Assembly: GCA_015680685.1 (NCBI GenBank)
Contig: MNCI01002446.1
Location: forward strand, 327,876 to 391,875
From: Gnetum montanum
Lineage: Eukaryota; Plantae; Gnetophyta
DNA length: 64,000 nucleotides
Direction: 5' to 3'
Every line of letters starts with the position of its first letter. Position 1 is the first letter of the stretch. The notes beneath the pieces were generated by a model, which saw only the letters and a list, made by a program, of their open reading frames with translations, was not told the origin of the DNA and did not search any database. Shown piece by piece: positions 40,034-54,165 of the stretch. The translations under genes were made by a program, and so were the position numbers.

Positions 40034-41006
40034 TGATGAGACACGTATGCGATATCGCGGCCGATGCGTACGTGATATCGTGGTCCACCGTCAAATCTAT
40101 AAATAAGAGGTGGCACTCCCCTCATTCCACATCCTAGGCATAAAGTAGCGAAGCTCTGGCGGATTGATCACCCCAGAGATAGAATATTTTCCATGTGCCA
40201 GCAATAGGAGTCCCCCAAGTGAACGGTTCTTTATTCGAGCAGCTTTGTACCTGAACGCAAGTTGTGTACGGCAATAAAGACGAGCTTTGTGGATAAACCT
40301 TGTAGTGCATGGATAGGTTTAATTAATGTTATTTATTGCTTTCCTAGTAACGCGGCATGAGTACGACTTGGTTACGAGCGTTGACGAACGTGTACGGCTA
40401 GCCAAGGAATCGGCTACTCATCGTGATTAGATTCTCTCACCCTTTCCTCCTAGANAATCGGCTGCTTGTCACACTTAGGTTAGTTAAGTGCCTCAGTACG
40501 ACTGCTTCGAGCACGTGCGTTACGTATGGTAATCCTAGTAATGATTAGCGTTTGGTAGCCATAGTTGCATAGTTCAGGGTGTGTATGGAAAGTGGGAACG
40601 GATGTTGACGCTAGGACTTAGTGCTGTAGTTAGAATTAGTTTTAGTTTCTCAACCCTTCACCGTTTAGCATAGGAATCGAAAAATACCAAAAAAATCATA
40701 TACCTCGGACTTAACCATACACCGTGACAACAACAAGTAAGTCTGGGAAGACAACGAATGATTAACCCCAAGTGTTCCATGGGGCGTTTATGCATTTAGT
40801 CTATGGAGTTCGACCGTACGCTCGTTTTGTATGGTTGAGTGTAGGGGTACCTCACCACTCATCATTGGCGCCATTGCCGGGGACTAAGTGTTTTTACGCC
40901 AATTAGAACATAAGGGATATCACTCACATCGTTGTGAGCTTTAACGAACCTTCGGGTTAATCAGTTAATCAAGAACATAAATAACAGTAAACAGGACACC
41001 ATTAGA

Positions 41007-43932
41007 ATGGCTTCTTCTCATGAAATTAACTCACCTAAGGACAATACAGAAGACAGTCAGCATCACACGCATAACCTAGACTAGCCATGTCCTAAACAAT
41101 CTAAGGTCACATATACTCATCCTGATGAATATGTCCCTAACTTTACTTTTATTCTCCATCAAGATGAGCAACTGCGATGGAGAGATTTGCAAGGTAACAT
41201 CGTGTTACCCCCGGATCGATTTGTCCCTAACATGCTTTTCCGTGCCTTAGCACAGATTGGCATGCAAGAGCTATTTGCGGAATACGTTCTGGATAACTTT
41301 GACACAAGGGATTATCATCCCACAAATGCCCAACGTATTCGGGATGAAAGGTAGGAGAGCCAACATTCATTGTTGAAGGGCAAGGTCCCCCATGTCCTTA
41401 GTGAAANATTGTGAGCATAACGGAGAGGGTAAAAGGAAAAAGGAAGATGAAATACCTCGACAAGAAGGTCGAGAGGAGTTAGGACAAGGGCAAGGACGTA
41501 GGGAGAGTAGGGAACCACCATGAAGACATCATAGACGTCATGAAAGAGATGATCATGACGAACCCCTACTCGCAACCCAAAGCATGCTAGACATCACAGA
41601 GGTAGTTAGGATCCCCACAAGGCACTTAAAAGATAGTAGGATCAAGCGTTTGGACATAAATAATATCCCACGTTTTGAAGGGGGATACAACGTTGATCCT
41701 CAACATCATTTACAAGCATTCCACGATGCCTGTGCCTTGCAGAATATAGATAATGAGTGGTAGAAGCTCAAGTTGTTCCCAAGGACACTCACTAAAGAAG
41801 CAGAGAGCTGGTACCGGTCCTTAGAACTGGAAACCATCAGGAGGTGGAGTACGATGCTTGAATTGTTCAATAATAAATATCAAACGTACTCCAGAGTGTC
41901 CAATTTGTGTAAGCAGATCCAAGGCTAGAAACAAGGTGCTTATGAACCCTTGGATGCTGCCATGGCCCGTTACTATACACTGCTACATCGTTGCCCGGGC
42001 CATGGGTACGCTAAATGGGATCAACTTCGCCACATCGTGGATGGGCTAAGGAATGAAACAAGAAGAACTCTTGGGACTTACGCCCAAGGGAGACTTTCCC
42101 AACTGAGAGCCCATGAAGTTGAAAGTTTGTTGGAACAAGTAGCGCAAGAAGAGGGTGAGCTACGAAAGAGAGAAAGTGCGGAAGAATACAATTGCGATCC
42201 TTCCCTTCGCAAGAAGGGAGTGAAATTCTGTGATGAGGAGGATGAGTCACCACTCGAAGAGTTGGTGAATCGGAAAACCTTACCGATCCAAAAGTTAACA
42301 ACCGAGGTATCGGCTAAGGTAGACCAAATGTGGGATTCCTTAGACTCAAGAATAGAAATAATCCTAAAAATCGTAGAAGAGTCTAAGGTAGAGCAAGGTA
42401 GTGACAAAGGCAAAACCAAGCGGAGAAACTTAAGCCCTGCACATAACAAGGGTAAGGGAAAAATTCCTATCTCCGATGAGGCTGTAAATTCTGATTTAGA
42501 CGATGATAGTGGATGTGAGGTCTGCTACTATGACCATCCTAAGGGATGTTTCTCAATTATCTCACATCTGCAGGAGTCTGGGGTGTATGCACTAAATCCA
42601 AAACTTAATCAACGGCAAACACCCCGAAGGTTACCTTACCCACAAGGTAACCCAAGGCAGTTCCACCAACCCTTGACATATTATCCAAGTGGAACGCCTC
42701 CACAGCCCATGGGACAACATCAGCAGTGGCAATACCCACAGTCATGGGGGATGCCACAGCCAACACATCGATACCCTTACCGGCAGCCTGATCCTTATGG
42801 TTATTATGTGCAGCAGCCAGTTTCTCCAGGTGACGCTATGAGTCACACTCCACGCCGTCACTACTACGCTCGGGAGTACTTCAGAAGGACTCCTTCTCCT
42901 CCGGGAGACATTCCACATTCTGTCCATCCTCTAACTCCACCCGCACCTTTTCCTCAAGTAGTTCCCATAACACCTCCTGCTCCAACAATGCAAGGGGAAT
43001 TACCTACCCAACCGCAGCAACGTCACGCCGCGAGATCTGTAAATATTCAGAGTGTAAATATCCAACCGGACACTAGTTCTGGTGATAACTGTACAAAAAG
43101 GAGACCCTTTTTCAGAACTAGGAGCCCGGATAGGCTCTCGCAACAACAAGCGGACGGGTATATGTATAGGCCTCTAACTACTAACACTTCGGAGCACCCT
43201 TCAGTCCAAGGGAATGTAACGCATACGGTTATGCTAACACATACCGTAACTGACTGGATCAAGGTAGGCCACCTTCCCAGGAAACTAACTGACCCTGGGA
43301 GTCCCTTTATTTATTTGCAGATCGCTGGAAATGCACCACATCGAGCTCTTCTTGACTCAGGTTCCGGAGTCAACTTAATTTCACAAAAGATGTATCACGC
43401 CTAGAACCTGCCACAACTTAAGAAGAGCAACATACAACTGGAGCTGGCAAACCAGTCCATCACCATTCCCTTAGGATTGGTGGAGGATGTTACTACCACT
43501 GTGTGTGGTTGGTCCTACCTAGCCGACTTTCTGATGATCGAAGTGAACAACAACGAAGGGGACTTCCCAATTATAATGGGAAGGGCATGGCTAAGCACAG
43601 TAGATGCATGCCTTAGGATCCGTGATCTTTCCTTGGAAATCTCTAAGATAAACATATGTGGAAAGATCGAGAAGAGGATAGTTCCATGCATCACATACAG
43701 TGATTCATCGGGTGATGACATGGAGGAAATGTCTCCATGTAACAGGTGTGCCCAAGAAACTCTGCAACAAAGATGCCTGTATGTAGCAACCACACAAGAA
43801 GTAGTAGACACCTCGTGGTTGACAGCTTCTCGTAGAGGAAAACAAACATGTATGGAACGAACTGAGGAAACTCATGCCAACAAATATGCATGGAACGAAC
43901 TAAGGAAACTCATGCCAACAACTGTGGCATAG
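41007..43932 (+). pseudogene. gag-protease
   Basis: F.GGY.VDPQHHLQAF...KLKLFPRTLTKEAESWY (retrotransposon gag); CEVCYYDH knuckle; LPRKLTDPGSPFI...ALLDSGSGVNLI aspartic protease; ADFL...PIIMGRAWL. A few in-frame stops (e.g. TAG 43402). Confidence 0.88.
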
Positions 43933-44005
43933 ACGCATTGGAACGTGAGCGTCGCCAACTTCCACCCCTCAACTTAAGATCATCAATTGGGAGAAGTTGG
44001 GCACT

Positions 44006-44246
44006 NNNNNNNNNNNNNNNNNNNNNNNNNNNNNNNNNNNNNNNNNNNNNNNNNNNNNNNNNNNNNNNNNNNNNNNNNNNNNNNNNNNNNNNNNNNNNNN
44101 NNNNNNNNNNNNNNNNNNNNNNNNNNNNNNNNNNNNNNNNNNNNNNNNNNNNNNNNNNNNNNNNNNNNNNNNNNNNNNNNNNNNNNNNNNNNNNNNNNNN
44201 NNNNNNNNNNNNNNNNNNNNNNNNNNNNNNNNNNNNNNNNNNNNNN
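44006..44246. other. Assembly gap (241 N)
   Basis: Run of N; single Ns also at 40455 and 41407. Confidence 1.
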
Positions 44247-45535
44247 CCTTTAAGTTACAATGTTGATACTAAGGTATGTTCTTTTGATATGGCAGGCAAT
44301 GAGATCACTTCATCCATCCATCCACCAAGGTCTATGGTTTCTCTTGGCTTGGAAATGTACAGTTCCCTTCCAATAAGAACTTTAATGAACCGGTGACTGG
44401 GTATTTCTCAAACTAAGGAAGGACTCAAGGATTGCAAAGGGTGTGACTTCAAAGTAACTTGATGCTTTTGTGTTGGTCATTCACTTGGGTGCTTGGCTAT
44501 TTTCTTCTTGAGTTTTCTTACCGTTCCGATGTTACCTAATTTTCGGAAGCTAAGACAATAAAAATAAGAAGTCTTTGCATGGTGTGGTCCCCACGCATAA
44601 AAACACAAAACAAAAAAAAAAGAAAAAATAAAAATAAAAAATGGAAAAGTGAGGATTCAAAGCACACCCCTTAGATGGAATAACTTTGGGCTACAAGCAC
44701 TGGTTATGGAACCAAAAGTGTTTCCTCTAACTAAGGCCCTTCTCGCTTCCCGTTCTCTCCTTTGTTTCATCGGAATGGTGGTGGCTCTTTGAAGATGCAT
44801 CCCCGTCGTCCAAGTGGATGGTTTAACCGAAGGCATTGATGCGAAGTCACTGGAAGTGGTTAGTTTGAGCCCGGAGTTGGAATGAGACTTGCAAGTCACA
44901 TTAACCATAAAACACACAAGGGGCTATACACCACCTTGTTCTTGGGATTCCATTTCGCTTCTCTTCTCTCCATCATTCTCTCCATTGTTCACCTCATTGC
45001 CAGTTGTATCATTAGTGTATATTTTGGTTGATATATTGTTTTTTTTTGGTAAATTCTTCGGATTAAGACTTTAACTCTTGTTCCAAAGGACATTCCCAGA
45101 GCCTACGGACTCTTTGGATGTGGGTTTGTCAGGGCATTAACAACATGAGCCTACTTTGGGGAGGACCCACTGGCATACCTATTTGGAACATTAGTTAACT
45201 TCTTTTCCTTAACATTTTGCAATTAATTTTATTTTTGTTCATTTCCATCCTGACATCCCTTTCATTGATGCCATACTTGTCCCTTTTTACCCATCTTTCT
45301 TACTCCTTTTCTTTCTCCATTCTACCGCTACCGGAGGTTCACGATTAGTCATGGGGGTACGGGGCCTGATTTTTCGATTTACTCAGGTGGCTAAATGAAT
45401 GAAATACTAATACAATAAGCAATTTACCATGGTTACAACTAACCTAAGTGTAACTTATTCAAAATAAGAAAGGTATCAAGAGCATTAAAAGTTACACATG
45501 AAAACACTAACCCTTGGTTATGTTTGTGATCATAG

Positions 45536-48341
45536 ATGACACCAAAAAGGGAAACAAAAGGAGAAGGACCATTCCAACCAAGGGAGAAGTGGCCAAGAGG
45601 AGGAAGGGACCAGTAGCCATAACAACCCCAAGAAGGAGAGGTTGAAACCCATGCGATGAGACTTATTTGAAAGGAGCCTAATGTGGAATCTATTCACTAG
45701 ATTCCCATAGCTGAGATAGGCTAGCCACAACAGGATGAGATGCCAAGGCCTAGGCCTAATTTGGAGGTCAAATTGACCAAGGTTTTCCTTGAATGAAGTT
45801 GTTCCAAGGAGGTCCAAAGTTCAATTTTACAAGAACTTAACTTTGATTTCTTGTTAGAGTTAGCATCATAGGAAGTCCATGCACAACTATAGGGGTCTCC
45901 CATTTGGTCCATTTTATCTTCCAGTGGAGAATGATACATGGGAGAAACCTATCTCTTCTAGAACAACTAGCTAGTAGGTGTCATAGTGAAGATTAAGGAC
46001 ATAAGAATCTCCTACTTAATTGAGGCCATCACAGAGGCCCTTGGCCTACCCAACATGAGAGCAACGTTGGCAGAAATTTCCACACAAGTAAACCTTAATG
46101 CTAAAAAGGAATGGGTCCAACAGTGCTATGGGAAGGACTATAAGAAGTACAGTACACTCACCAAGGTGGAGAGATCCTACTTTAAAAATATGTCCTATCA
46201 TTTAAACCCAATGGTGAGGCCTAGCAAGGTCACTAGCTTCTTTGCCCATGCATGCACCACTTTAAGCAACAAATTTTTTGTCAACCTCCCTCAGCTCATC
46301 TTCCTCAAAATCAAGAAGCATTTTAAAGAGAACGAGTGAGAGAGGAAGACACCTCTCTTCTGTGTATGATTCGCAAACTTTACAGAAGAGAAGACATAGC
46401 TCAGTATGCTAATGACACACTTCGTCATGCTCCTGTCGTATCTTGGTAGATACCAAGTTGCTAGAAGAGAAGCAACCACCACCACCACCTTTTAGAGAAA
46501 CAACACTAGAGGCTCATGTAGTTATGGAATGCATGAAAAAACTTCACAAATAGTTGCTACAATAATAACAAGGAGAGGTAAGTGGTAGGGAACCATCAAT
46601 TTATCAACCAATGTTGAGCCATCTTAACAAGGTAACTAGAACAATAAGCTAGTTGGAGAAGATTGCCTAACTATTTTCAAGCCAACAAATGAAGGTGCTC
46701 GTAAGAATAAATCCGAGCACCTGAGAAGTTACGGTGTTCATACTTGGATAACAAGAGTTCCCAGAAATCTTTGGGAACATCGCAACTTTCTAGGTGTGCA
46801 TAGAGGAAGGTGAGGGGGCTACTAATCTAGTGATGCAACACCATATCTAGGAAACAATGGTAGGAGTGATGGTTGATCGAGTGGTAGAAGCACTTGACAC
46901 TCCTATGGTAGCCATGCCTGATATAATTGCACTTAAATATGTATAGGTTTCTGTAGGAGCTAGAAGGAGACTTAACAAAGCCTAATATGAAGAGGTGTTG
47001 GACTGACTGGTGGGAACTGGGCAACCACTTTTAAAGATCTTTGATCTCTTAGAAGAGATCATTGTTATCGAGTTAGAGTTGCTAGAGACTAAGGCAAAGT
47101 TCATCATTGCCAACATCCAACTTGAGGTAGCCACCATCGAAAATCATTGGTTGGCTACCAAGGTTGCAGAATTGAGAGCCTATCTCATTGATCCTCCCAT
47201 TCTCAACTAAGCTGTCATGAGAGATGAAGCTTTCTTGTAGCTTCAAATAAACTTAAAGAGGCTAAGAATGCCAAGGAGATGGTGGTATTTGACATCTCCT
47301 TACTAGAAGCTCTTACCATCAACACTGATAAGGGCTTGGTGTAAGTCCGTAAGGAGAACTTGGTCCTCACTAAGGAAATCCATTGCATGTGCAATGTTGA
47401 GAAGTAAAAATACCAAATGGTCAAATTTGTAAGATAATAGCAAGAGCAACTCACCAAGGTGAACTTAGATTTAAGGAAGTCTATCTATGGAGGAAGTTTG
47501 GGCACTTCACCATAAAATGACCATGAAGGTAGTCACCTAGAAAAATGAGGCCTTGAAGTTTGAAAGGATGAAGAATCATTATAGGGACCAGGTGGGCCTC
47601 CTTAAGGAGATGAATGAAAAAGAAATTCAACTGATTAAAGTGAAGATGAACGAGGTCTTCCAACAACTCTAGTAAAGAGGTGATGTATGGTAGCTAGTCT
47701 TTGATGGCTTGAATGCTTACAAAAAAGTGGAGATGTGCTTGAAGGAGTTATAAATAGAGAAAATAACAAAATACATGGAGCTCACCAACCTCCAATATGC
47801 AAACTTGGTGATGTTGATAACATGAAGGCCAAGGTCTGAATTGGAGAAGTAAGTGGCTAGCTTGTACCTTGTCTATGAGGCTAAGTTCAAACATCATAAA
47901 GATACCAAGCAAAAGTTGGAGACAGGCAACGCTGAGCTTGAAGTTCTCAGGAGCCATTTCTCATACTAATAAGTGGTTGCTAAGAACTTGGCTAGAAGAA
48001 TGAACAAATACCATGAACTGCAGAACCTAGTAAAGACGTTTGATGTTGAATGTAAATAATTTGTAGTGTGATTTATCAATGTCAAGGATTTATTCCCTAC
48101 AATGCTCTATTTGTGGGGTGTCCCTGTACTAGCCCATATTGGTGAAGCCGCGTGGACTATGTATGACCCACAAAGTAAGGAGGATAAGATGAAAACATTG
48201 CTATATGCTTTTTGTCTTCCACCAGAAGCAGTAGTCGTAGCAGGACAGCCTCGACCTCAACCACTACCACTACCATGAGTGCTAGAGCCTGGTGAAGGTC
48301 CTTTAGCACCCCAGGAGCCTTCGCCTCTTGGCACTATTTGA
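45536..48341 (+). pseudogene. env-like accessory ORF (family B type)
   Basis: MTPKGK start after GATCATAG; colinear with 8067-10889 along its length; ends ...PLGTI*. Confidence 0.78.
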
Positions 48342-50646
48342 TCTTAACTTCATCTTTGACAAGTAGAGGGTTCTTGTAGTCCATTTTATAAAGGTGTTTA
48401 ATTTTTTTGTCAAGGATACCCAGTTTTGCAATTTTTATAATTTTTTATAATTCATCACTTAGAATCAGTTAGTTAGAGTTAGTCAGTTAGTAATCCCATG
48501 CCTTCTCAATTTTGTAAGAAGCTCGATCCTACTTTTGTTTGCTTGAGGATGAGTAATCACTTAGTCATGGGGGTATGATGAATCATTTGACTAGCTACAT
48601 TGACAAGTATGCATTGACATAGCCCTATTGATGTAGCCTTATCGACACATGGTTTGATGCATCGATGTGGTGTTTAGTCTAGCCTATATAAATGTGCATA
48701 CCTGTTGCATTTATGACAAGTTATTAGTGTTACCAAGTTCTTGTAGTTTTCTTTTGCCAAAGTTAGAATATTTTTTAAGTGCCCGTAGTAGGACTTCAAG
48801 GATTGTACAAATCCTTATTCAAGCATCAATGTACCTAAACACTTTGATGCGATGACAGTAAAGACGAGATTCTTGGAACTCCTTGTAGCACTTAAAATAG
48901 ATTAATGTTTACTTCTATGCACTTTATTATTCATGCACTTTACATTCATGTCTTCAGTTAATTAATATGCTTAATAACAATACATAGGTATGACTAATTT
49001 GAGCGTATCACTCAACACTAGGTAATCCTAGCAATGGCTATTTGGTACACCCAGTGATAGACATTTGGTAACCTAGTAATGTTGGAGCAAGTTCAAGATA
49101 CAAACGGAAAGTGGGCCCAAATACTTATGTTAGGGTAGTTAGATTAAAGGCATTAGATAGTTAAATAATTAATTTCCAATTAATTACCTTTAAATAAATA
49201 AAATATAAAATATAAATAGATATCATGTGCCACTTAACCATACAACTAAGCTTACCCAAGTGAAGCTAAGAAGACAACGATCATAATTCTCATGACACTA
49301 TCTTTGCCCATCGATGCATTTAGGGGCTAAGTCCACATAATTTAACTCAATCGCTAGTGAATGCCTATGATTCATATGGTTGGACAGAGGGACTACTTGC
49401 TGCTCATTAGATATCAAAATCCCATTGCCTTACATTCTCATACTAGCATAATTGGTTGGAATTGAAACTGAATACATGATAATGACAAATTCTTGCATTT
49501 CTTGTGTGGTAGGTATTATTATTCCTTTCCTTTCAACGATCTGGACCCGTCGCAGCTAATCTAATAGGAAATTGAATACATGACATGTGTAGACGTCATA
49601 CTTTCCCACCACCACACCACCTTTAAACGAACGAATGATTTCGGGAAGGAAAGTCATTGTGATTTTAAGAAAATTGAAATGGCCGGATCTAACAACAAAG
49701 ACAACAGTTAACAGAATTCCGAAATTAAACCCATGGAACTGGAATTAACACCAAACACTTGTTAGCATTTTATTAGCCAAGATAAAAAGAACCAATCAAT
49801 CAAAAAACATAGGGAAAATAAAACTGACAGGGTCCCTTCACGCAAAACCCGGCCAATGCATCATTACCATAAAACAGTGACTGCCGTGCATTTGCATCAG
49901 TGGAATCCATGTATTATTCTGATGGGTACATCAGATTGGACCTTTTTCGACTTGACTTGCGTACGCATGAAGCATCTAATTCAAGACTTGGAGCATCTTT
50001 GTGAAATACAGTAACATACAACTGTTTCTTTGATTATTAGATTTCCTGCACTAAAACAAACTAACATTTTTAAGAGATTAATCTATGAGGGCTTAGCGCG
50101 TTAGATTATTCGATTTGTTCGACAATTAACTGCCAAATTTTTTTTTTGTTTGAGACTTTTGCCTAACACAAAAAATTATTGATACTGACAGCAGCAATTT
50201 TGTTGGGAGCTGGAAATAGCCGATTCTAATGCACGAAAACAGTGTTTGAGAAGATCCCACCTGCATCGTAAATTTTAAAAGCAACCTTCCAAAATTTCAA
50301 AGGTCGCCCAGAGCTGTTCCTCGATGGGATATCTGCTGGGCTTTCCAATCAGTGTTTAGCAAGAAACGTATTCCGCTGCAATTTGTCTTTGTATTCAAAC
50401 AATTTTTTACCCATGCAAAAAAGCTTGACTGCCACCCAGGATTTCAACTTCTTATCTCTCACTCATTCTCAACCGCAAATTTGCCCCTTGGTTACAGTTT
50501 TCTGATTAGATTATCCTGGACTAGCGTGTTAAATTATTGCAGTTTTATGTTTGCGGTCTGACTGAGAATGAGTTAAAATATTAGTATGCTTGCAGGCCTC
50601 TCAGACTCCGCCACGGGTTCGACTTGGGGAAAGAGGAGATCCGTGT

Positions 50647-50655
50647 CTATAAAAG
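50647..50655 (+). promoter_or_regulatory. Probable TATA box of the AVT6-like gene
   Basis: CTATAAAAG ~500 bp upstream of the ATG; G-box CACGTG at 50688; probable 5'UTR intron acceptor TTGTAG at 51050. Confidence 0.5.
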
Positions 50656-51145
50656 AGAGCGTCGTTGCCAAATTCTGAATGCATCATCACGTGTGAAGAT
50701 TAAGGCTCGGTTTTCATTCTTTCTGGGTCCATTGCGGCGTTCGGAACAAGAAGGATTCTTGGTTTAGGATTCCTTTTCTATTTATTGTATACTTCCTGAA
50801 ATTCAGATTAGGGTTCTTGATCAGGAAATGCACATCTGAAGAATTTCTGGGCCGTTTTTAGCCGCCCAAGCAAGCTTATTTGGTCGACTGTTCTGCGCAG
50901 TTGCCAAAATTAGATTTCCATTCATTAAGCTGAAGAGATTCGGTCTCTTAGCAAAGACATTGTAGATATTTATCAAAAATCAGGGCGTCCATTTTGTATT
51001 GTATGCAATTCTTTGCATTTTTTGAGATAAATTGAGGGGTTCGTTTGTAGGTCCTGTCATTAGAAACTAGAATCTTTAGATTCTGGGTCTGCAATCACAA
51101 ACAAAAACTTGTAAATTTTCGGTGCTGCTAAATCAGGATCTGGCA

Positions 51146-53626
51146 ATGACTATGACCGTGAATTCTTCTGCCAATGTTAGCCCTAAGAAGAAGAAACATG
51201 TTGATGAGAAAACTCCTCTTCTTCCAAAGACACAACATGATGTTGAAGGAGGAGGGGAAGGCTTCAATGGAGCCTCATTCTCAGGGGCCGTTTTCAACCT
51301 TTCAACAACAGTTGTGGGTGCAGGAATCATGGCCCTGCCTGCAACAGTCAAGGTTCTTGGCCTCATCATGGCAGTTGTCATGATAGGGTTTATCAGTCTT
51401 CTGACAGACTACTCAATCAACATACTGTTGAGGTTCAGCAAGGCCACCAAAGCCTTTTCTTATGGAGCTCTTATGGGAGATGCTTTTGGAAAGATCGGTA
51501 GAATGGCTCTCCAGATTTGCATAATTATCAATAACGTCGGTATCCTCATTGTGTACCTGATAATCATAGGTAATTCGAGTTTTTTCATGGTCTTTAAAAT
51601 TGGGTTTTGCATTAGTGATTGTTTTCCTATCGCCTGAAACCTTATTACATTGTTCTTTTGGTTGTTTTCTTGTTATTAGGAAAAAATTTCAATCATTAAT
51701 ATAATTATGCTTTGATCATCGTCAACCTTGTCTCACCAAAATGGGGTCGGCTTTTAATTGTACTTTAATAGTGTTTATATTTAAAAAGTCCATATCCTTG
51801 TTTTTTTCCTGCGGAACGTACCAGATCCCATGAAGTTATTTACAGTTTTGTAATAAGTATGCTATTTTTATCTTTATCAGAAAGAAGAATTAGATGTTCC
51901 GTTTTAGTCCTTTTTCAAATATATCAAAGTTTATTTGTTTCCAGATTTGTTGATTGGTTATTTCACATTTTGTTCTGCTGAAGTATGCTTCCTTTGTGGT
52001 TAGGTGAACGTATCCATATTTTTAAAGAAAATTACATTAAGATACCTTTGTAATAAACTCGTAAAACTAGGATTTATCAGTTCATGTATTATTCGGATGA
52101 TAAATTTAGATTGTTTAATCAACGTCTTGCTTTTTCAAAATTTGAAGGTGATGTGCTTTCTGGAACCTCAACAAGTGGTGTACATCATGCCGGTATACTT
52201 GAGGGCTGGTTCGGAGCCTCATGGTGGAATGGACGAACTGTCATCTTACTTCTCACAACCCTTCTAGTTTTGGCTCCCTTGGTTTCTTTTAAGAGAGTTG
52301 GTAAGCATTTTCCAGCCAGAATTAATGTAATTATAGATACAAAATTTTCAAATGGTATTTGCTTTGGTCATGGTTAATCATATCACCATATTAAGCCATT
52401 TGCAAGGATTTTGTGCCCGCAATTCATTTTTACTAATAGGTTATTATTTTGCTAATAATTTTTTGCTTGGTAGTTCACTTGCAAGGACATTATTTATAAA
52501 TGTATATGTAATATGTAGCTAACATGGACATTGTTTTGTTGATTTTCACTGTAATTTCTAACTCTAACTTGTTCATCATTGTTTGTTTTGAAGATTCTTT
52601 GAGGTTCACCTCTGCACTATCAGTTGCTTTAGCTGTGGTATTTGTGGTGATCACTGCTGGTATTGCTATTGTAAAAATGGCTATTGGCACAGTACATTGG
52701 CCAAGGCTTTTACCAGATATCAGTCATTCCAGCTCAGTACTGAAGCTACTCACTGTGGTACCAGTTATTATAACTGCATATATCTGTCACTACAATGGTA
52801 AGGATCTATAGTTACTTTTTCATTATCCACTAATTCATCACAAAACACAGTTGCATTGAGTTTGACATGAGCTTTGCTTCTTGCAACCGCAGTTCATTCA
52901 ATATACAATGAGCTTGAGAAAAAATCTGAAATGAAGCCAATTGTCAGGACATCATTGGCATTGTGTTCAACTGTATATGTGGCAACAAGCTTGTTTGGGT
53001 ACCTTCTATTTGGGGACCAAACAATGGATGATGTCTTATCTAACTTTGATGCAAATTTGGGAGTCCCTGGAAGTGCAATTCTCAATGATGTTGTTCGTTT
53101 AACATATGCTGCCCATCTGATGCTTGTATTTCCTCTAATATTTTTTGCCTTGCGTCTCAATGTTGATGGCCTCATATTTCCTTCAAGAAGGGCTCTTGCC
53201 CTGGATAATATGAGATTTGGTTTCACAACTATCATATTGCTGATAGTTGTTTTCTGTGGGGCAACATTCATACCCAGTATTTGGGATGCGTTTCAATTTA
53301 CAGGAGCCACAGCAGCCGTTTGTATTGGCTATATCTTTCCAGCTGCCATTGTATTAAGGTAGCAATATTGTTTCGCTTTGCTTTTGTTTCCAATTAAATA
53401 TTGATCTCATGTTGCCAGGTTTTGTTTTTAATGTATGTATGCATGTATGATGATAATCCGCTTTCGTACCTTCATTTGCAGGGATGCTCCCAAAATTTCA
53501 ACAAGGAAAGATACATGTCTTTCTTGCTTCATGATAGTTCTCGCCGTTCTATCCAGCACAGTTGCCTTGGCCACCGACTTCTATGCTCTCATTAGCAAGA
53601 GTGAAAAGAAACTGCCAAGATCCTGA
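51146..53626 (+). CDS. AVT6: Amino acid transporter, AAAP/Aa_trans family, AVT6 (SLC38-like), ~463 aa; join(51146..51569,52148..52300,52594..52797,52893..53358,53482..53626)
   Basis: EKTPLL dileucine motif, GASFSGAVFNLSTTVVGAGIMALP, GDVLSG, DSLRFTSALSVALA, AYICHYNVH, IPSIWDAFQFTGAT; four phase-consistent GT-AG introns; 1392 nt. Confidence 0.95.
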
Positions 53627-53784
53627 GGTTCCTGTTCTCTGTTATAGAGAGATTGATCCAATGCTCTTCTAATGCATCAAGAATTATCTCTGATATAATT
53701 GGAGTAGTTTGAGATTTCTAATGCATATTATGATGTTTGTATCTGTACCAATGGTAAATTTGTCTAAGACTGTTTGGAAAGCCT

Positions 53785-53850
53785 CCTGGGACATTCTTGG
53801 TAATCAGAGTTAGTCTTCCTGGGATATTCTTGGTAATAAGAGTTTGTCCT
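53785..53850. repeat. 33-bp imperfect tandem duplication in 3' UTR
   Basis: CCTGGGAYATTCTTGGTAATMAGAGTT x2. Confidence 0.8.
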
Positions 53851-54116
53851 CGACTTGAGGAAACTTATGTACAAGACTTGTATCTATAGAAAATACACCT
53901 AAGACAGTGCATGCTTAATTGTAAAGTTGATTTGGTTTGTATGCATCTCTGATTTCATTAAATTGAATGTGATCTTCTCAATTTCGTTATCATGAAACCA
54001 TTCTGACTTGGAGTTTTTTTTACCAAACCCTAGGCTTGAAAATTTTTTTTCTTTCTTTCTCAATCTTTTTTTCTGGTTTGTATTTTTCTTTTGTGGAGGT
54101 TAAAAGTAGTTCTATA

Positions 54117-54165
54117 GGGCCTGGGCACAACAATGAGGTGTAACCCCAGGTCAGGTTCAATTCTA
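54117..54165 (+). mobile_element. Possible truncated SINE head
   Basis: GGCCTGGGCACAACAATGAGG...AGGTCAGGTTCAATTC resembles the A/B-box head of Au-like SINEs. Confidence 0.3.

Larger units (their letters stand above)
40034..49409 (+). mobile_element. Athila-like element D, apparently chimeric: 5' LTR + gag-PR + spacer of one family joined at ~45394 to env-like gene + 3' LTR of family B
   Basis: 5' LTR 40034-40864; PBS TGGCGCCATTGCCGGGGA 40866-40883; PPT before 48576; 3' LTR 48576-49409 resembles 11117-12002 rather than 40034-40864; no matching TSD. Confidence 0.8.

Noticed and set aside
43402-43404. TAG within gag-PR as programmed readthrough
   Set aside because: It falls inside the protease domain and is best explained as a TGG>TAG mutation, like other stops in the element.
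43890-44396. ORFs of 88-168 aa in the ORF track
   Set aside because: Artefacts of translating through the N gap.
40034-49409. Treating D as one intact element and dating it from its LTRs
   Set aside because: The two LTRs are from different families and flanks (ATACG / GATAT) are not a TSD.
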